Part shown: positions 24,214 to 37,369 of the stretch, in pieces | Numbering within the stretch: the stretch's first letter is position 1 | How the letters are laid out: every line of letters starts with the position of its first letter | The notes under the pieces: model-generated | Seen by the model: the letters and a program-made list of their open reading frames with translations, nothing else | Databases searched by the model: none | Told to the model about the DNA's origin: nothing | Made by a program: the position numbers and the translations under genes | Source of the DNA: Anthoceros angustus | Lineage: Eukaryota; Plantae; Anthocerotophyta | Length of the DNA stretch: 64,000 nt | Direction: 5' to 3' | Assembly (NCBI GenBank): GCA_010909165.1 | Contig: MU008153.1 | Span: 310,001-374,000, forward strand

Positions 24214-27200
24214 TTCAAGAGATATTAGTAAGTAGTATTATTTCAATGGCATGGATGCCCAAGTTGTTTCATGCAAGTCCTCAAGGAAGTGGCAGGCATA
24301 GGAGTCTAAGTGGGTACTTTAAAGAACACACGTCTGCCCATTAGGGGGCGCAAAGGATGGCACCCCATCTCGGTACTCATCCTCCCCCCGCAGTCTATTT
24401 AACTGTGAAGTTCTTATTTCAATTGGTGGTGTATGTGCACCCCATGTGGATAGTAAGTGAAGATCTCTAAAATGTTCTAAGATAGTCATGAAGTTAGGAA
24501 CTAAAATCTTCCTTGTGGAAATTGGTGAATGTGGTAACATGTGAAGAGATTTGAAGGGTCCCTTTCTAGTCCAACTTGTGACATTCTCTGTCAAGACGTA
24601 CATGGGTTGTTTTTTTTGTTTTGGGGAGGTGGGTAGAGAGGGAATTCCACCCCGGCCCTCTTCAATTCGCCTGTGCTAGACAGGGACTAGGAACTTGGTC
24701 AATATAAGAGAAAAGGGGGTGAAGGGGAAAGCAATGAAGGTTCTTGGGAAGGCTCTCTCCAACTCCGCATGACAAATGGAGACCGGCATGAAGACTAATG
24801 TATCCCTTCCCCAAGTTGAACATTAAAATATTGCAGGCCAACTTGTGAGGCCTGAGGTGAAGTCCCTTCCAAGAGACCGAAAGCAGCCCAGGTGAGAAGC
24901 GGATTCTCTGGGAAATCGAACCAGGCAAAGAGAGCATTTTGTTGCACTTTGCTTGGAAAGTGCAATGTTTGACAAAGCGGATCGCGCAAGCATGGAGAAA
25001 GGGGGGCAAAGGGGCAGCCAGGGGCAGCAGGGGGAGCAGGGGAGCAGGGGAGCAGGGGCAATAGAATAATTGTGGGGTGATTGTATTGTCCGAAGGGAAA
25101 GTGAGGGAGGGGATATTTCGCAGCATTGAAAGGCCAATCATGGTGTGGGTAGCAGTGTGAGGGCACCGGGGGGGCTGGTCATGTCGGATCATGCACAAAC
25201 CATCGTTTCCTCTCGTTTCCTCGGGAGTCGGGAGTCGGGAGTCGGGAGGCGCGAGCCGGGGTTGCATGTTGCAGCGGCAGACAGGGTCAAACCTGATTCC
25301 CTTGGCTGGGTCCCGGGCCCACCCGTTACTTGCTGTGCTGGGCCTGGTCCCGACATGTGACAGGCGGCAGGTCTAGTTTGGGCTTTTGGGTATGCGCGCC
25401 GCATGCATGTTATGGGGCTCCTCCATTGCTCCATGCCATCATGATGGGACGTGAAATTCATTTGTGCCCGGCGCCCACATGGGTTTTGTACCCGCCCCAT
25501 TAATGCTCCAGCTCACCCGAGCCCGCCTGCCCGCCTGCCCGCCTGCCCGCCCCGCCGAGGCCCGAGGCCCGCTTCCCTCGCACCTAATCGCGCCCTAATT
25601 CGTCACCCCCACCCAATCCCAATCCCCGCTCACGTGCCCTGCGTGACTCCTCACGTGCCTCCCCGGGGTGTCCCCATCACTCCCTCCTACCCCAATGTTA
25701 CCTCCTCCTCCCTCCACTAGAACCACAAATCTGCCCTTCGCTTTGTACACTTGGTTGTGTTTTAATATATCTCGGGGAGGATCACTCGTCACTCTTGGGA
25801 TGGGATTATTTTATGAATTTTATTGTATTAATTCTAATATAATTTAGAAATCTATTTAACTGATAATATCATCCAAAGAGATGATTGGTATTAAGATTCA
25901 ACAACAACTTCAAGGATTCCATATGAGGATTGGGATAAATGAAGGAGCCATTTCATATACCCAATTCATTTTATATTGTCATTTAAACTTACCTTCTTCA
26001 TACAAAGAGTGTAGAGAGAAAACCTAACATGATATATGTATGCTGATCCACCATAAAGTGAACTTAAACTTAATTATTGATGGATGTTGAACACCATATA
26101 TGAAAAGAGAAGACGTTATAAATAGACAGTCTTCACCAAAGGAGTGAAGATCAGCCCGCTGGAGGGCCCAGGCCAAGGGGAACTAGCCTTGCGATTCTCC
26201 ACCTTATCATGATAAGGGATTGTCTACCATAAAACTACCTACCACCTCCAAGATATCATAATCTGGAAGGAGGAAGGCCTACGTAGGTATACGGTGAGGA
26301 TGCAGGGACTCCCGCCATACACCATATGTACATGAGGCTGGGAGGTGGGAGGAGACCAAGGTGGTTGCCCACGACGGTTGGGAGTGTGGTTCGTGTGGGA
26401 CGGGACGGGGCCACGTGTGAGCGTGACCTAACCCTAATGCCCAGCAAAGGGGAAGCATGATGAAAGCATGATGGCACAATCATGGCAGCGGTAAGCACGC
26501 GGGCCGGCCCAATGGAAATGGCAGGTCAAATGGCACCATTGAATGGCCGCATGCGTGACGATGGGGACATCGGCGAGGAGATTCCAGATGGAGCGAATTA
26601 GGGCCCTAATCGCCCCAATGATGTGCCCTAAAATTATTGAGCGTGGAACGCGGCCGGGCCCCACAACCAAGATCAGGTGGCAGGGTGCCGCTTTCAGTTT
26701 TAGGACAAAAATGCGCCCCACTTTTGCTTGGCCCACCGGCCAGCAGCCAAGCAGCAGCGCCACTTGGTCCGGATCCCGCCACGCATGCCCGTGTGAACAG
26801 GGACTCTTGTTTAACGGCCAGCCGGGATTGTGGTCCGAACCCCAACTTGGTTCGGGCAACTGTCAAGCCAAAATACACTAGGCCGGTATGAGCTCATGTG
26901 GTGGTGGAATGTTTTACGGGTAAATTATAATATCACATTCCTTTCCACACACGCCCATGCGGAATACTGAAAGAAGATCTCGCGCTTCATGGTGTCGCTC
27001 ACCACTTCTCGGCCCTGGTCGCTTCCATTCTCCATTCCGTTTTCAGCACCAGCTGCGTGTTGCAACTTCATGCAGGCTTCTTTTCTTCTCACAGCAAGTG
27101 TGTGGCCTGAGATAGGCCCTGCCTTGTAAGCTGCTCCAGCGGCTACGCTGTCCGCATCCTCCCAACCTACCAGTCTTGAAAATGAAATACAGATATGGTC

Positions 27201-29052
27201 CATGTGCGCTGGAAGGAAACATCGATCGACACATACGGCATGCAAGTGAGGCCATTGGAGTTCCCAATACCCAGATACGGTGCAGCCATCACCTTCCATG
27301 CTGGACTGGCTTTTCGCGTAGAAGCACGAAGTCATTTTCGGAGGAAAAGTTCGCAGCATGTTTTCAAGCTTTGTATGGCCAGCTTACCTCTGACAGTTGT
27401 GGAGCATGTACTACTCTCTGACTCCTGCAGCTCTTGCTTTAGGCTTTTGGATTGTTCCTGCAGTGGAAGGACTCAGAAGCTGTTGCCTTCAGTGCTCAGC
27501 AATGCTCAACTTTAGCTGTCAAGCCCTGGTTTTGATTGCCAGAGGAATGGATGCATTGTTTCCGAGGTTTGATCTTCGTTTTCACACATTCGAAGGTGTT
27601 GTTGCACAGGGTTGTGGATGCTCACCAGCAGACTTTTAGTTCCTCCTGAATTTGGTAATCCAGTGGTGCTGCCGGAAGCATAATCTATCAGTAGCAGTTC
27701 TCGCTGTGAACACTCTGAAGCTGCGGGTAGGTGTGGGATATTCACATGCATCTGGCCACCAACCGCTTGGATTAGAGACAAGCTCATGACAACAAGCACT
27801 GTCTCGGAACAGCATGAAGCCAGGAGGATACAACCAGAGGTCAAGTGAGGCTAGAACTGCTTTGTTGGAGAAAAAGGTCAGGATCACCCTTACACTTCAG
27901 TTAGTCTGGTAGAGGCAAATCAGGAGGCCTTCTCCACTCGTCAATGCCACCTCACACGAGCGGTTCCTTGCAAGGCGGCCATTGACCCGCTGTGCTCTTA
28001 ATGGAAGACCATTTTCCAGGAGCAGCTTCGCGTCTTTTGATGAGAAAGGCCACCCCCCGCGCCGAACAGTTTCCTAGGAACATGCATTCTGCTGCACTGC
28101 GGTGTTGTCATGTCAACTGCCAGAACATCCGGAGTTAGCTATGCAATGGGAAAAGAGATAAGGAGCAAGCAGGTCCTTCAGCGAACTGCACTAACTTTTG
28201 AAGTCTGCAATCGTCAAACAGCCACAGCTTTGATCGCTCCGGCCTCAATGCTGTAAGCTTGATGCATGCTCCATCACACCTACGGGACATGTCAACATAA
28301 CCGCCAATGATGCACCCTGTTGTAAGGGCCTTGCAAGCTGCCATACCTTTTCGGACCAAGGGACCCTAGGCATTGTGACCACAAGCCCAGTCCACTTCCA
28401 AGATCTACTGAGAAAACATACGGACGTCGTCAAGCTGTAAAGATACAGACTACTCTCCCATGTCTCACCATCTGCTCCAGTTTCAGCCCTATGAACAGTG
28501 TTCGGCTGTCCCACCCTGAGGCGCACACTAGGACATGCTGCGGCATCCAACAACTCAACATCAGCACAATTTCAAACCATACAATGTGAGACACCTTGCC
28601 TTCCACAAAGCAGCAGCAGTCTCCACAAACACGACATCCGGACAGATTGATCTGATTGAACTTGAAACAGACACCGCTTGCCCACGCTCGTTGCAATTCA
28701 TGCGAGGAAGTACAAACGCTTGGAAGTAGGATTGAATTTGTTCACACACGAGTACAATTCACCAACATCCATACTGTATACTGCTGAAGCCTGCAAGAGA
28801 CTTCAGATTTTATTATACAGAATTTTCATATACCGTAGCTTTACATTTCTCATAGACCATAGCTTTACATATAACATACATAGGCCGATGCAAACTTCCA
28901 GCCTAATATGCCTGGACTGCACCGATCATCACATCTAGCATACATATGTCGACGGATGCACAACTCCAGCCTGATATGACTGGAATGCACCGATCAGATC
29001 AGCGTGTACAACAAATACAATAAAACTGATGTCCTCGCAAGCCAACAGCCGC

Positions 29053-30805
29053 TCAAGCGCTGGCCCTGATGTTCCAGCTCTTCCCATCCAGCCAGTCGAA
29101 AACCTCAGCATTCTTGCGGCTGGTTAACGCGTGAAGACCTTCAGCCACCTGCAGCTGGTCCTTGATCTGCCTCTCCCACTTCAGCCTCGGCCCGAAATGC
29201 CCGTGGGGCCCGCCATGGTGGGGCCCGCGGTGATGAGGGTGGTGGCGCGGCCCAGCGTCATGTCCAACTTCTCCGTCCTCGCCTTCCACCGGACGAGGCC
29301 CCCGATGCCCGCGGCCCGGTCCGAACCTCCGTCCCTCGCCATCGACCTCCTCGCCTTCCGCGGCGGGGCCGCGAGGGCCTCGACCGAACCGACGTCCCTC
29401 GCCTTCGCCCTCCTCGCCTTCGACCGGAGGGGGACCGCGGGGTCCGAGCCCGAACCGACGCCCTTCGCCTTCGACATCCTCGCCTTCGACCCGGGGACCG
29501 CGAGGTCCGCGCCCGAACCGAAGCCCTTCGCCTTCCGCGTCTTCGCCTTCCACCGGGGGGCCGCGAGGTCCGCGTCCGAACCTACGCCCTTCCCCTTCGA
29601 CCTCGTCGCCTTCAACCGGAGGACCACGAGGTCCGCGACCGAACCTACGGCCCTCGCCCTCTGTCTCGCCTTCTTCGCCTTGGGCCGGAGGGCCTCGGTG
29701 ACCGTGGCGAGGTCCGGACCTACGTCCCTCGCCTTCCCCACCTTCTACGGTCTGGTCCCGAGGCCCGTGGCCCGGGCCGAACCTACCTCCGCGGGGACGC
29801 GGGGATTCGTCGTCTTCGGGAAGGAGGTTGGAGCTGGTGAGCAGGCGATGGAGCTCTGGGGGATCGAGCTTCTTCTCGACGTAGCCTTCAGCGTTGATGA
29901 CGTTGTTGGAGAGGAGGAGATCATGGAGCTTGCGGGACAAATCTGCGTCCAGTCCTTCGATGCCGTCGGAGAAGAATGTAGGAGTGACTGGAAGCGGATC
30001 GGCCACAACCTCTGCTGCTGGAATGCCTGCGGGAGAGAAACGGGAGTGAGAAACGGGGAGGATTTGATGTGGATCGTGGAAACCGCGTTGGAGATTTGAA
30101 GGATGTGGTTTGAGTCAGGCAAGGGAGGGATGTTTGCTTGCCTTTGCTTTCCAAGGTCTTGATTTCCTGCTTAACCTTGGAGGCTGTGAAGTCGTCTTTC
30201 GGCATGTGGACGAATAGAGTGGGAGGGTACGAGCCCTTGGATGCAGCATCTATGGCCTCGGTCACGCCGTGGGATACGATGAGCACGGAGGCGTAAACGG
30301 GCAGTTTGTGTGCCAGGGCAGAGATGAAGTTGCCGCCGGATGACGAGCCGAGGACTGTGAGGTGCAGGTCCTTCAGCTCGGGGTGCTCTCCTGGAGGCAT
30401 CGTTTGCATGTCAGCAAGGGTTCCCAAGCTTGAGGAAATAGGGTGGAATGGGAGCAAATATGATGGGGATGTGAGGAGCTCACCTTTCCATTCGCTCAAG
30501 ATCTTCTCCACATTCGCAATGTCTGCAGAGGACTCAGTCGGCCAGTGAGACCAGCCGTGGTCGACAGACTTTATGGCTATCACAGCGAATCCCCTCTCCA
30601 GTGCATTTCTCACGATGGCTTTGTGCTCAGGAAGTCCAGCGCTGCCCTCGACATCCCAGTAGGTGGAAGGCCTGCCTCCACCACCATGTGCGATGAAGAG
30701 GATGGCCTTAGGGTGCTGTGGGATTTGCCAGTACACATCCACGTCGTGCCGGGTCTCGTGGGTGGGGTTCAGCTCGACACTGCGATGGAGCTGCTCGGAT
30801 GCCAT
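29053..30805 (-). CDS. Alpha/beta-hydrolase-fold protein (514 aa) with long charged repeat insertion; exons 30805-30484, 30390-30142, 30026-29053
   Basis: ILFIAHGGGG, nucleophile elbow LGSSSGG, PPTLFVHMPKD, C-terminal AEGLHALTS...FDWL; intron 1 GT-AG (93 nt) and intron 2 GC-AG (115 nt) give a continuous frame. Confidence 0.85.
29185..29817 (-). repeat. Coding tandem repeat, ~60-bp/20-aa unit (EGEGRRFGRGPRGPPVEGEE) x7-8, then His-rich segment
   Basis: Seen directly in DNA and translation. Confidence 0.95.
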
Positions 30806-32494
30806 TGTTCCTGCAGAGTTCTGCTACAACAGGGAAACAGACATTCAGAGTGTGCCAGGCAGCGTTATTGACAGTGAGTGAGATCTACCCCTTGCATCTG
30901 CAGTTCATGAAACTAATGAGCCTGTCACATTTTCTGGATGTCTGCTGCAGTCTAACTGCGTTGCATTCTTCTCTACTATGCATGTCAGGGCAATGACAAA
31001 CAGATCTGAGACACTGGACAACTAGAACGATTGGTAGTAGTGTAGCATGCAACACTTGAGTCTCCAGGTTGAGCATCAGCATCCTGAAGTTTTGCCAAAA
31101 CAGAAATTGGAGGATCAAAGCCAGCTTACAGTGGGTGATGGGACGTCTCTCCTCTTCGGTAAGTGTCCTTTCAAGCGGCGTTCTGCGTAGCTGGAGGAGT
31201 AGGATGAGTCTGCTGATTTCCAAGTCTCTTCTTATAGGAATTGGAGCCGCTCCCAGCTGTCGGGATGAAAACTCGTAGGAAATGCGCTGCAAACAAGCAG
31301 GGCCACGCGCCGTGAAAGATTCAAAGAAACGGATGTACAACACGGTAAAACCGAATACGCGGGTGCCACGAACCCGGCTGGCTGGCACCTCCCGATTACG
31401 ACGTGCTATACCAATGGCGGTCGTGCAGAATATGTCTCGCATACACACGTCACCGTTGATGGCTCACATACAGGTATCAGGTATCACTGTCCACATGCAC
31501 TATTAGAACATTGTATTACATGTATACAATTGTGCAACAATGCATTCTTATATACTTTATGCTATGAGATTTCGAGGGTGTAACCCAGGCTCAACATGGA
31601 GGCACACCTTCCTGGATGAAAAGCTGCCACATCTACACCTACACATGAATGCAGGAGGCATGCAGACAATTGGACAAGTTTTTGAGAGACCCTGCTCCAG
31701 AAGTAGAAAGTCTGCTTGCCTGCAAATCAAGCTTAGCGGCATCAGAGAGCTCAGCCAATTCAAGGTCTGGATGAGTACTTCCGGCTGTGTAATCAGAGGC
31801 GTTAATACAAATCCTGCTCTGTCCTGCTGGTGTGGTGGCGCGGGGGAAGACCTCGTCCCTCTGATTTCTTCCTGTGGTCGGATGGGCTTTATGAACAGCA
31901 AGGCAGCGTGGCACGATGTGTGTCCAAGCATTCATAGCCAGCTGCCATAAGATGGAAGCACCTTTCACCTCTGCCCGGCGTTTGAATGTTCCCTTCTTCA
32001 TCCGAAGACACCTGAAAATTTGAAGGATGGATGGTTCGTGCCCCAGAATGCAGGAATTGTCTGAGCCTGTGCATAGAAAAATTTGACTGCAAAGCCGACA
32101 TGCGAAGGAAGAATTACCAGCTCAATCCGGCAAGCCCGAAATATTCACCCCGAAAGCAAATTTTCAGTCTCACCAGAGGTGTCCCACTCGGAGTGTTTAG
32201 GAGATCAAAAACCAGAGCTAGCTTCTCAGCATGCCCACAGAGCGCATCATCCTTTTCCTACATACACCGTGGCTGCAACACCAATTTTGTGAGGTACGCG
32301 GCCACCTTCCTGCTTCAGAAGTGCATCGTGCTCTCTGCCTTAAGCGCACATTTCTTTCTTTCTCCCACCAGGAACCTATGTGCCCCCTTATTCACCTCAA
32401 TGGTCGCCATTGCGGGTTTCTTGTTAGCTCCTGCTACCTTGTCTGTGTTTCAATCCTGCCTACCTCGGCCCACCTACCTTTATCTGCATAGGCA

Positions 32495-33190
32495 TTGGCC
32501 ATGAGCACGTTGGCCGGCCCAACCATGAGATGCGTAGGTCAGGAGCAGGAGTGAAGGCGGACGCTCACGTCTTGGTAGCTGCCCTTCAAGCTTGGCCGAC
32601 TTGGAACCAGTCAGAAGAGTGCACTGTGATGTGGTGCAGAGTGGCATTCCTACTAACTTGTTTGTTGGCACAGGTCTGCCTGGTGAACATGTTTGCAAAA
32701 TATGGCGAACTGAAAGATGCACGCAAGGTTTTTGCCAGCATCGCCACAAAGGATGCGATGGCATGGAATGTCCCGATATCGAGTATGCAAAATGCGGGGA
32801 ATTGAAAGGTGCACGCCAGGTTTTTGACAGCATGGACACAATGGATGTGGTGACACGGAATGCCGTGATAGCTGGGTATGCCGAGCAAGGGCTCGAAGAT
32901 GAGGCACTTGTTGTGTATGGACTAATGGAGCAGTATGGCCTTCTTCTGTCTAACCATTTTACTTTTGCTTGCCTTGTAATGGCCTGTGCAAGCAGTGGTG
33001 CCTTACAGAAGGGCAGGCAGATGCACTCACTGACTGTCGAAAGAGGACTGCTGGGTTACGAACGTAGTGGTGGGCACCTGCCTGGTGGACATTTATGCAA
33101 GATGTGGTGAACTGGAAGATGCACTTGACAGCATGGCCGCAAAGAACTTGGTGACACGGAATGTTATGCTCTGGTTGCTGGGCATGACGT
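32495..33190 (+). pseudogene. PLS-class PPR pseudogene fragment
   Basis: LVNMFAKYGELKDARKVF, YAKCGELKGARQVFDSM..DVVTRNAVIAGYAEQG..EAL, FTFACLVMACASSGALQKGRQMH spread over three frames. Confidence 0.88.
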
Positions 33191-33237
33191 TATAAGAAGA
33201 GCTCCCGTTCGCCTGACTCCCGGGGGTTAGCGGTCAG

Positions 33238-33404
33238 GCGAGGTCCTGTGGTTAAACGTTTAAGCCTGCCTGCAGCTTGGGTTGATGAGCTACTCGTTTG
33301 CTTGGATATGCAGATGCACCTGGAGGTGAGGTCCTGTGGTTAAACGGCATATTTAAGCCTGCAGTCTGGGTTGATGAGCAGCTTGTTTGCTTGGATATGC
33401 AGAT
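33238..33404. repeat. Tandem duplication, ~89-bp period x2
   Basis: GAGGTCCTGTGGTTAAACG...GTTTGCTTGGATATGCAGATG twice. Confidence 0.75.
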
Positions 33405-36056
33405 GGCCCAGGTGCAGCAGTGCAAGGAGCCCAGCCCTTCCACTTACGAGAAAGTGTGTGGGTGGGGCGTTGTATTCCATGATCCAAAATCCAGGCACCT
33501 TATGTAGTCCAACATATACTTGTTTGTTTTATGAAGAACGCGCTTGCGACTTGGTCCATGGAGACCAAGTACTTGGTGTTAAAAATTGCAACAGGAGCAG
33601 ATAACGCGCTTGCGGCTGCTGGCATCAGCCACAGTGCTGGCCGGCCAGTGTGTGGCTGTCAGTGCCTGACAATGGAATGGAGCGCAGGCGACCCGGACTG
33701 GGGGTGTTGCCTTCTCTCATTCTCTCATTCTCATCATGCGTGGAGGAGGAGCTGGAGGCCGAGGAGTGGGAAAGATTGGAGACAAACGCACTTCAAGTGG
33801 CGCCCGCACAGCACAGGAGTGCCGGATAAAATTTTGAAGCTATTTTGGAGGCACTAAAGCAGCAGACTGAAGCGCAGGGCATTCATCCCAGTGGGCAGGC
33901 GTTCCATTTTGTCAGTCTGGGAGAGCGCATGTCGCAGGTCCAAGCGCTGGTGCTGGAGACGGATTTTGAGAGCTGGTCTGAAGGTTGGGGAGAAAGGCCG
34001 GTCCCGGTCCCGGACTTCATCAGGAAGGAGGTTGCCGGTATCGAACCTAAGGTGTTGCCCTTTGTCTTGGGGCGATGGGAAACTGAACTGCAGTGTGAAA
34101 TTCATCTGCATCTTGTCATACATGGCTTGGAAAATTTGCGGTCCCAACCTCTCACCGAGATCTGATTAAAAGGTACTTGCTTCTCGCTTAAAGGCAAAAT
34201 TTCTGGGCTACAAACAAAAGAAGCAAGCTCCAAGACGGGGACAAGTTGCCAACCGAACACTCATGTCAAAACAGGAGTAGGTACTTATAGACCCTGTAGA
34301 GGCAGCGATTTTCAATCCCCTTCATTTGATGTCTGCAGTGATCTCTTTCCCGGGCACAGCAAATGCAATATCTTCCAATCCACTTAGCTGGATGCATCTG
34401 CTGAAATTTCCCAGACTGAGGTGCCATCAAATTCAAAGTCAGATTTTGCAGGTTCACTGCTATGCTTTACAGCCTCTCCCTTTTCTCCAGCATTCATCAC
34501 AAGGCCAGATGCCCTGGTTCTGATTCCTACGCCTTGCTCCCTGGCAGCTACAAAGACGTAACTTCGCCTTCACTCCTGACCTACACATCTCATGGTACAT
34601 CGGTTTCCCATGTTTAGCAGATGATGGAACCCCACGTGATAACATCTGGTTCACCTACCTAGTGAACACACCCATTACATGTACAAATGAGAGTACGCTT
34701 ACAATGCTTTATAGAAGAAGAAGAAGAATTTTATTTAAGTCCACTAAGGACGGAAATAGTCATGGGACTTGGTACTTAACAACTTGTACCATGGTGTGCC
34801 TAAGCTACTTGCACCAAGGGCATCCACTCCCTTAAGGCACCCCATATAAGTACCGATCTAAGGGCGGATTCGAGTGAACCCGCTTCCGGCTCTGTTCCGT
34901 AAGTTTTTAACATGGTGGGGCGTCCACATGTAAAATGGCAAACCGAACCCGGAACTTTTCGCAACAGGTCTCCGGTGTCTTTACACACGAGACTGAAGAC
35001 ATAAGCCTGGCATTCTCGGCCGGTGCTCTGTTGCTTCGAAATGGAGAGTCTGCTATCATTGCTTGGAGGTCTCCTTGCAGTAATTGATTTCTTGGTAAGC
35101 CGTGTCGACTTTAATGAAACTCATATGGTAGCTTTCATTAGGCTACAAGCCTTGTTGCTTAATGCCATTGCTTTGAGGCCTCATCGCTGTAATTGCAGGC
35201 GACGGTCGACAAATGGTTCTTCTCCACTTGATGTAGATGCCCAATTCGAAGAATTAGAGACCGTGTTGCACTTTTTACATTCTGATATCACAATGCTTCT
35301 AGCGCACTTGCAGCGTGTATCAGGAATCTCTCACCGAATGCTTCATGGGGTGCAGTACGACGAGTATTACATTAAGCCGAGAGTGGATGGGCTTTTTTCC
35401 CTTCACCACAACCTGGTTGCAAGAGAGGCTCCGCTTGGTCCTTTCCTTGGTGCCACCTGCTTGGTGTCGATCAAAGTCTTCACGTTTTGCAGCTTGCAAG
35501 ATACAGAGTTCCGGCTCTATCCAGTTCATTCTCTTCTTGAGAGGAGCTTGACCTCCAATGGCGTAAATCGTAGGCGGTATGCATAGGAGGAGGCACCTGA
35601 CAATGCCTTGATGACCGATCAAGAATGCGTTGTGGAGGAAGAAGCAAATCCTTGTGGTCGCTCCATCTTCCACTCCTAGGTTATCAAGAAGAATTGGTGC
35701 AAGTCATGAGCTCCTCTGAAAATCGCGAGACTCGCAAGACAGGAGCTCCTCGCGAGATGTGAATTTGCAGATCTCATTGTTGAAGACCCAAAATGAACAC
35801 CAGCTATACCCGGGCTGCACCGGATGCAGCCCGTCATAACTTCTTTCTGGAGCCGGAACCTATTACAACCACTTAAAGAAAGCCCCCCTATCGTAAACAT
35901 AGGGCAGGCCTTCTGTATGCTAAAGATGGTCTCATGGCGGGCCCTTTTCCGCCAAAATGTTATGTGCGTGCCCACATGCGAAGCCGCCCTAAGCTCAGGA
36001 TGCTGAATCACCGTCTTCTTATAAATGTGTGTCCATTTGGCCTAAGCCATTTATAC

Positions 36057-36960
36057 TTTGCGAGAGATAACATTGCTCATGATATTGCAACATCCACATA
36101 TTTTTAAATTAGAAACAATAATTTGTCCATCAATAAAAAGGTTGGGTGGAATTTAAATAGTAACAAAACTGATGGACCATGACTTGTTTCAAGAGTTACA
36201 AAATACTCTAGAGTTTCGTTTTGAGAAACAACGATCTTTATTGTACTAAATACTTCAAGGTATGGCTTATTTGCATGCAGCAAATGTCTTCCATCAAGAC
36301 TTAAGGTAGTCAAGTTTATTGCTGAATTCTCAAGGTAAACTTAAAATATGTGATTTTGGATGAGCTCGGTTTCTTCCGTAAGGTTGTGATTTTATCTTGC
36401 AACCATTTCCATATAGTATAGTAGCTAGAGCTTATCATACTCCAGAGCTTTGCATGAAGGGGAGCTCGAGATGTATACATAGTGTAGGATGTATATTCGC
36501 AAAAATACTACAAAAAGGAACTCTATTTCGGGGAGCTCATAATAATACGACACAATTAAAGTTGATTAGAGATTTTCTTGGAGTTGGAAATAAAAGAGTA
36601 CCAATGCTTTTAAAAGATGCTTTTGAACTTCAATCTCCAAAAGCTATTCGCACTGCTTTGTCCTTACTTAGACAGCTACTTGTCTTTCATCCCGAAATAG
36701 AATAATAGCAGAACGGGCAAGAATTTTTTTGAAGGTTTTGATTGGGGGATATGGAGAGTTTATTATGAAAAAAAGTTGGGAAAACCCATCTATCCCAAGA
36801 GAAGGGCGAACAACCCTTAGGAGGGCACCTTTTTTTGAAGGTTTTGATCAAAATGGAGGAAGATATCATAAATATGGAATTTGATTTTGAAAATTTATCC
36901 ACTAATGCACTAAAGGAATTTTTTTTTCCGTAAAATGTTAGAACATACTCCTCGTATAGA
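36057..36960 (+). pseudogene. Intronless, AT-rich MAP kinase pseudogene (group D/TDY-like)
   Basis: LREITLLMILQHPHI, AYLHAANVFHQDL, LLNSQGKLKICDFG*AR, ARAYHTPEL, IHSVGCIFAKIL, ALSLLRQLLVFHP, MEFDFE; stops and frameshifts. Confidence 0.85.
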
Positions 36961-37369
36961 AGTTAAGAAGTTAAGCAACAGGATTATGCTGGATAGGAAA
37001 ATTCAAAAGCATGCTAACAGAAGAAGTATGGTGGATAAACCAATTAATGATATAGAATAGAATTTTGAAAACAACTCATATGAAACCTTATAAGAAAGAG
37101 AAAAAAAGTGGGCAAGAGGAAAATGGAAGATAGGAACCTTCAAAAGGATGCCAAAAAGAGCAACATGATGGATAGCTTACCAAACAATAGTGATTTGCAA
37201 TGGAATTCAAAAAGCGGATCTTACTTATAATCCAAGCTTTGTATCAAGATCCAATATGGCTCTTGGTAGTAGAAAACTTGATTAGAATTTGTAATTTTGA
37301 AAAGCAAGTGATTGTTGTGTGAAGGCAATACTAAGTTAGTTTGGTTAGTTAGAGAATGAGGGGACTTTA

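Noticed and set aside
26925-28800. Gene-like composition with many short ORFs
   Set aside because: I could not assemble exons or recognise any domain, so it is left unannotated.
29131-30099. 322-aa antisense ORF over the hydrolase repeat
   Set aside because: A shadow of the GC-rich coding repeat, with a non-ATG start and no independent evidence.
35023-35586. 187-aa ORF as a gene
   Set aside because: No recognisable domain, and the obvious splice sites (35095/35198) put the downstream part out of frame.
35996-36005. Partial miR390-like sequence near AAGCTCAGGA
   Set aside because: Only a 10-nt match, with no hairpin partner seen.
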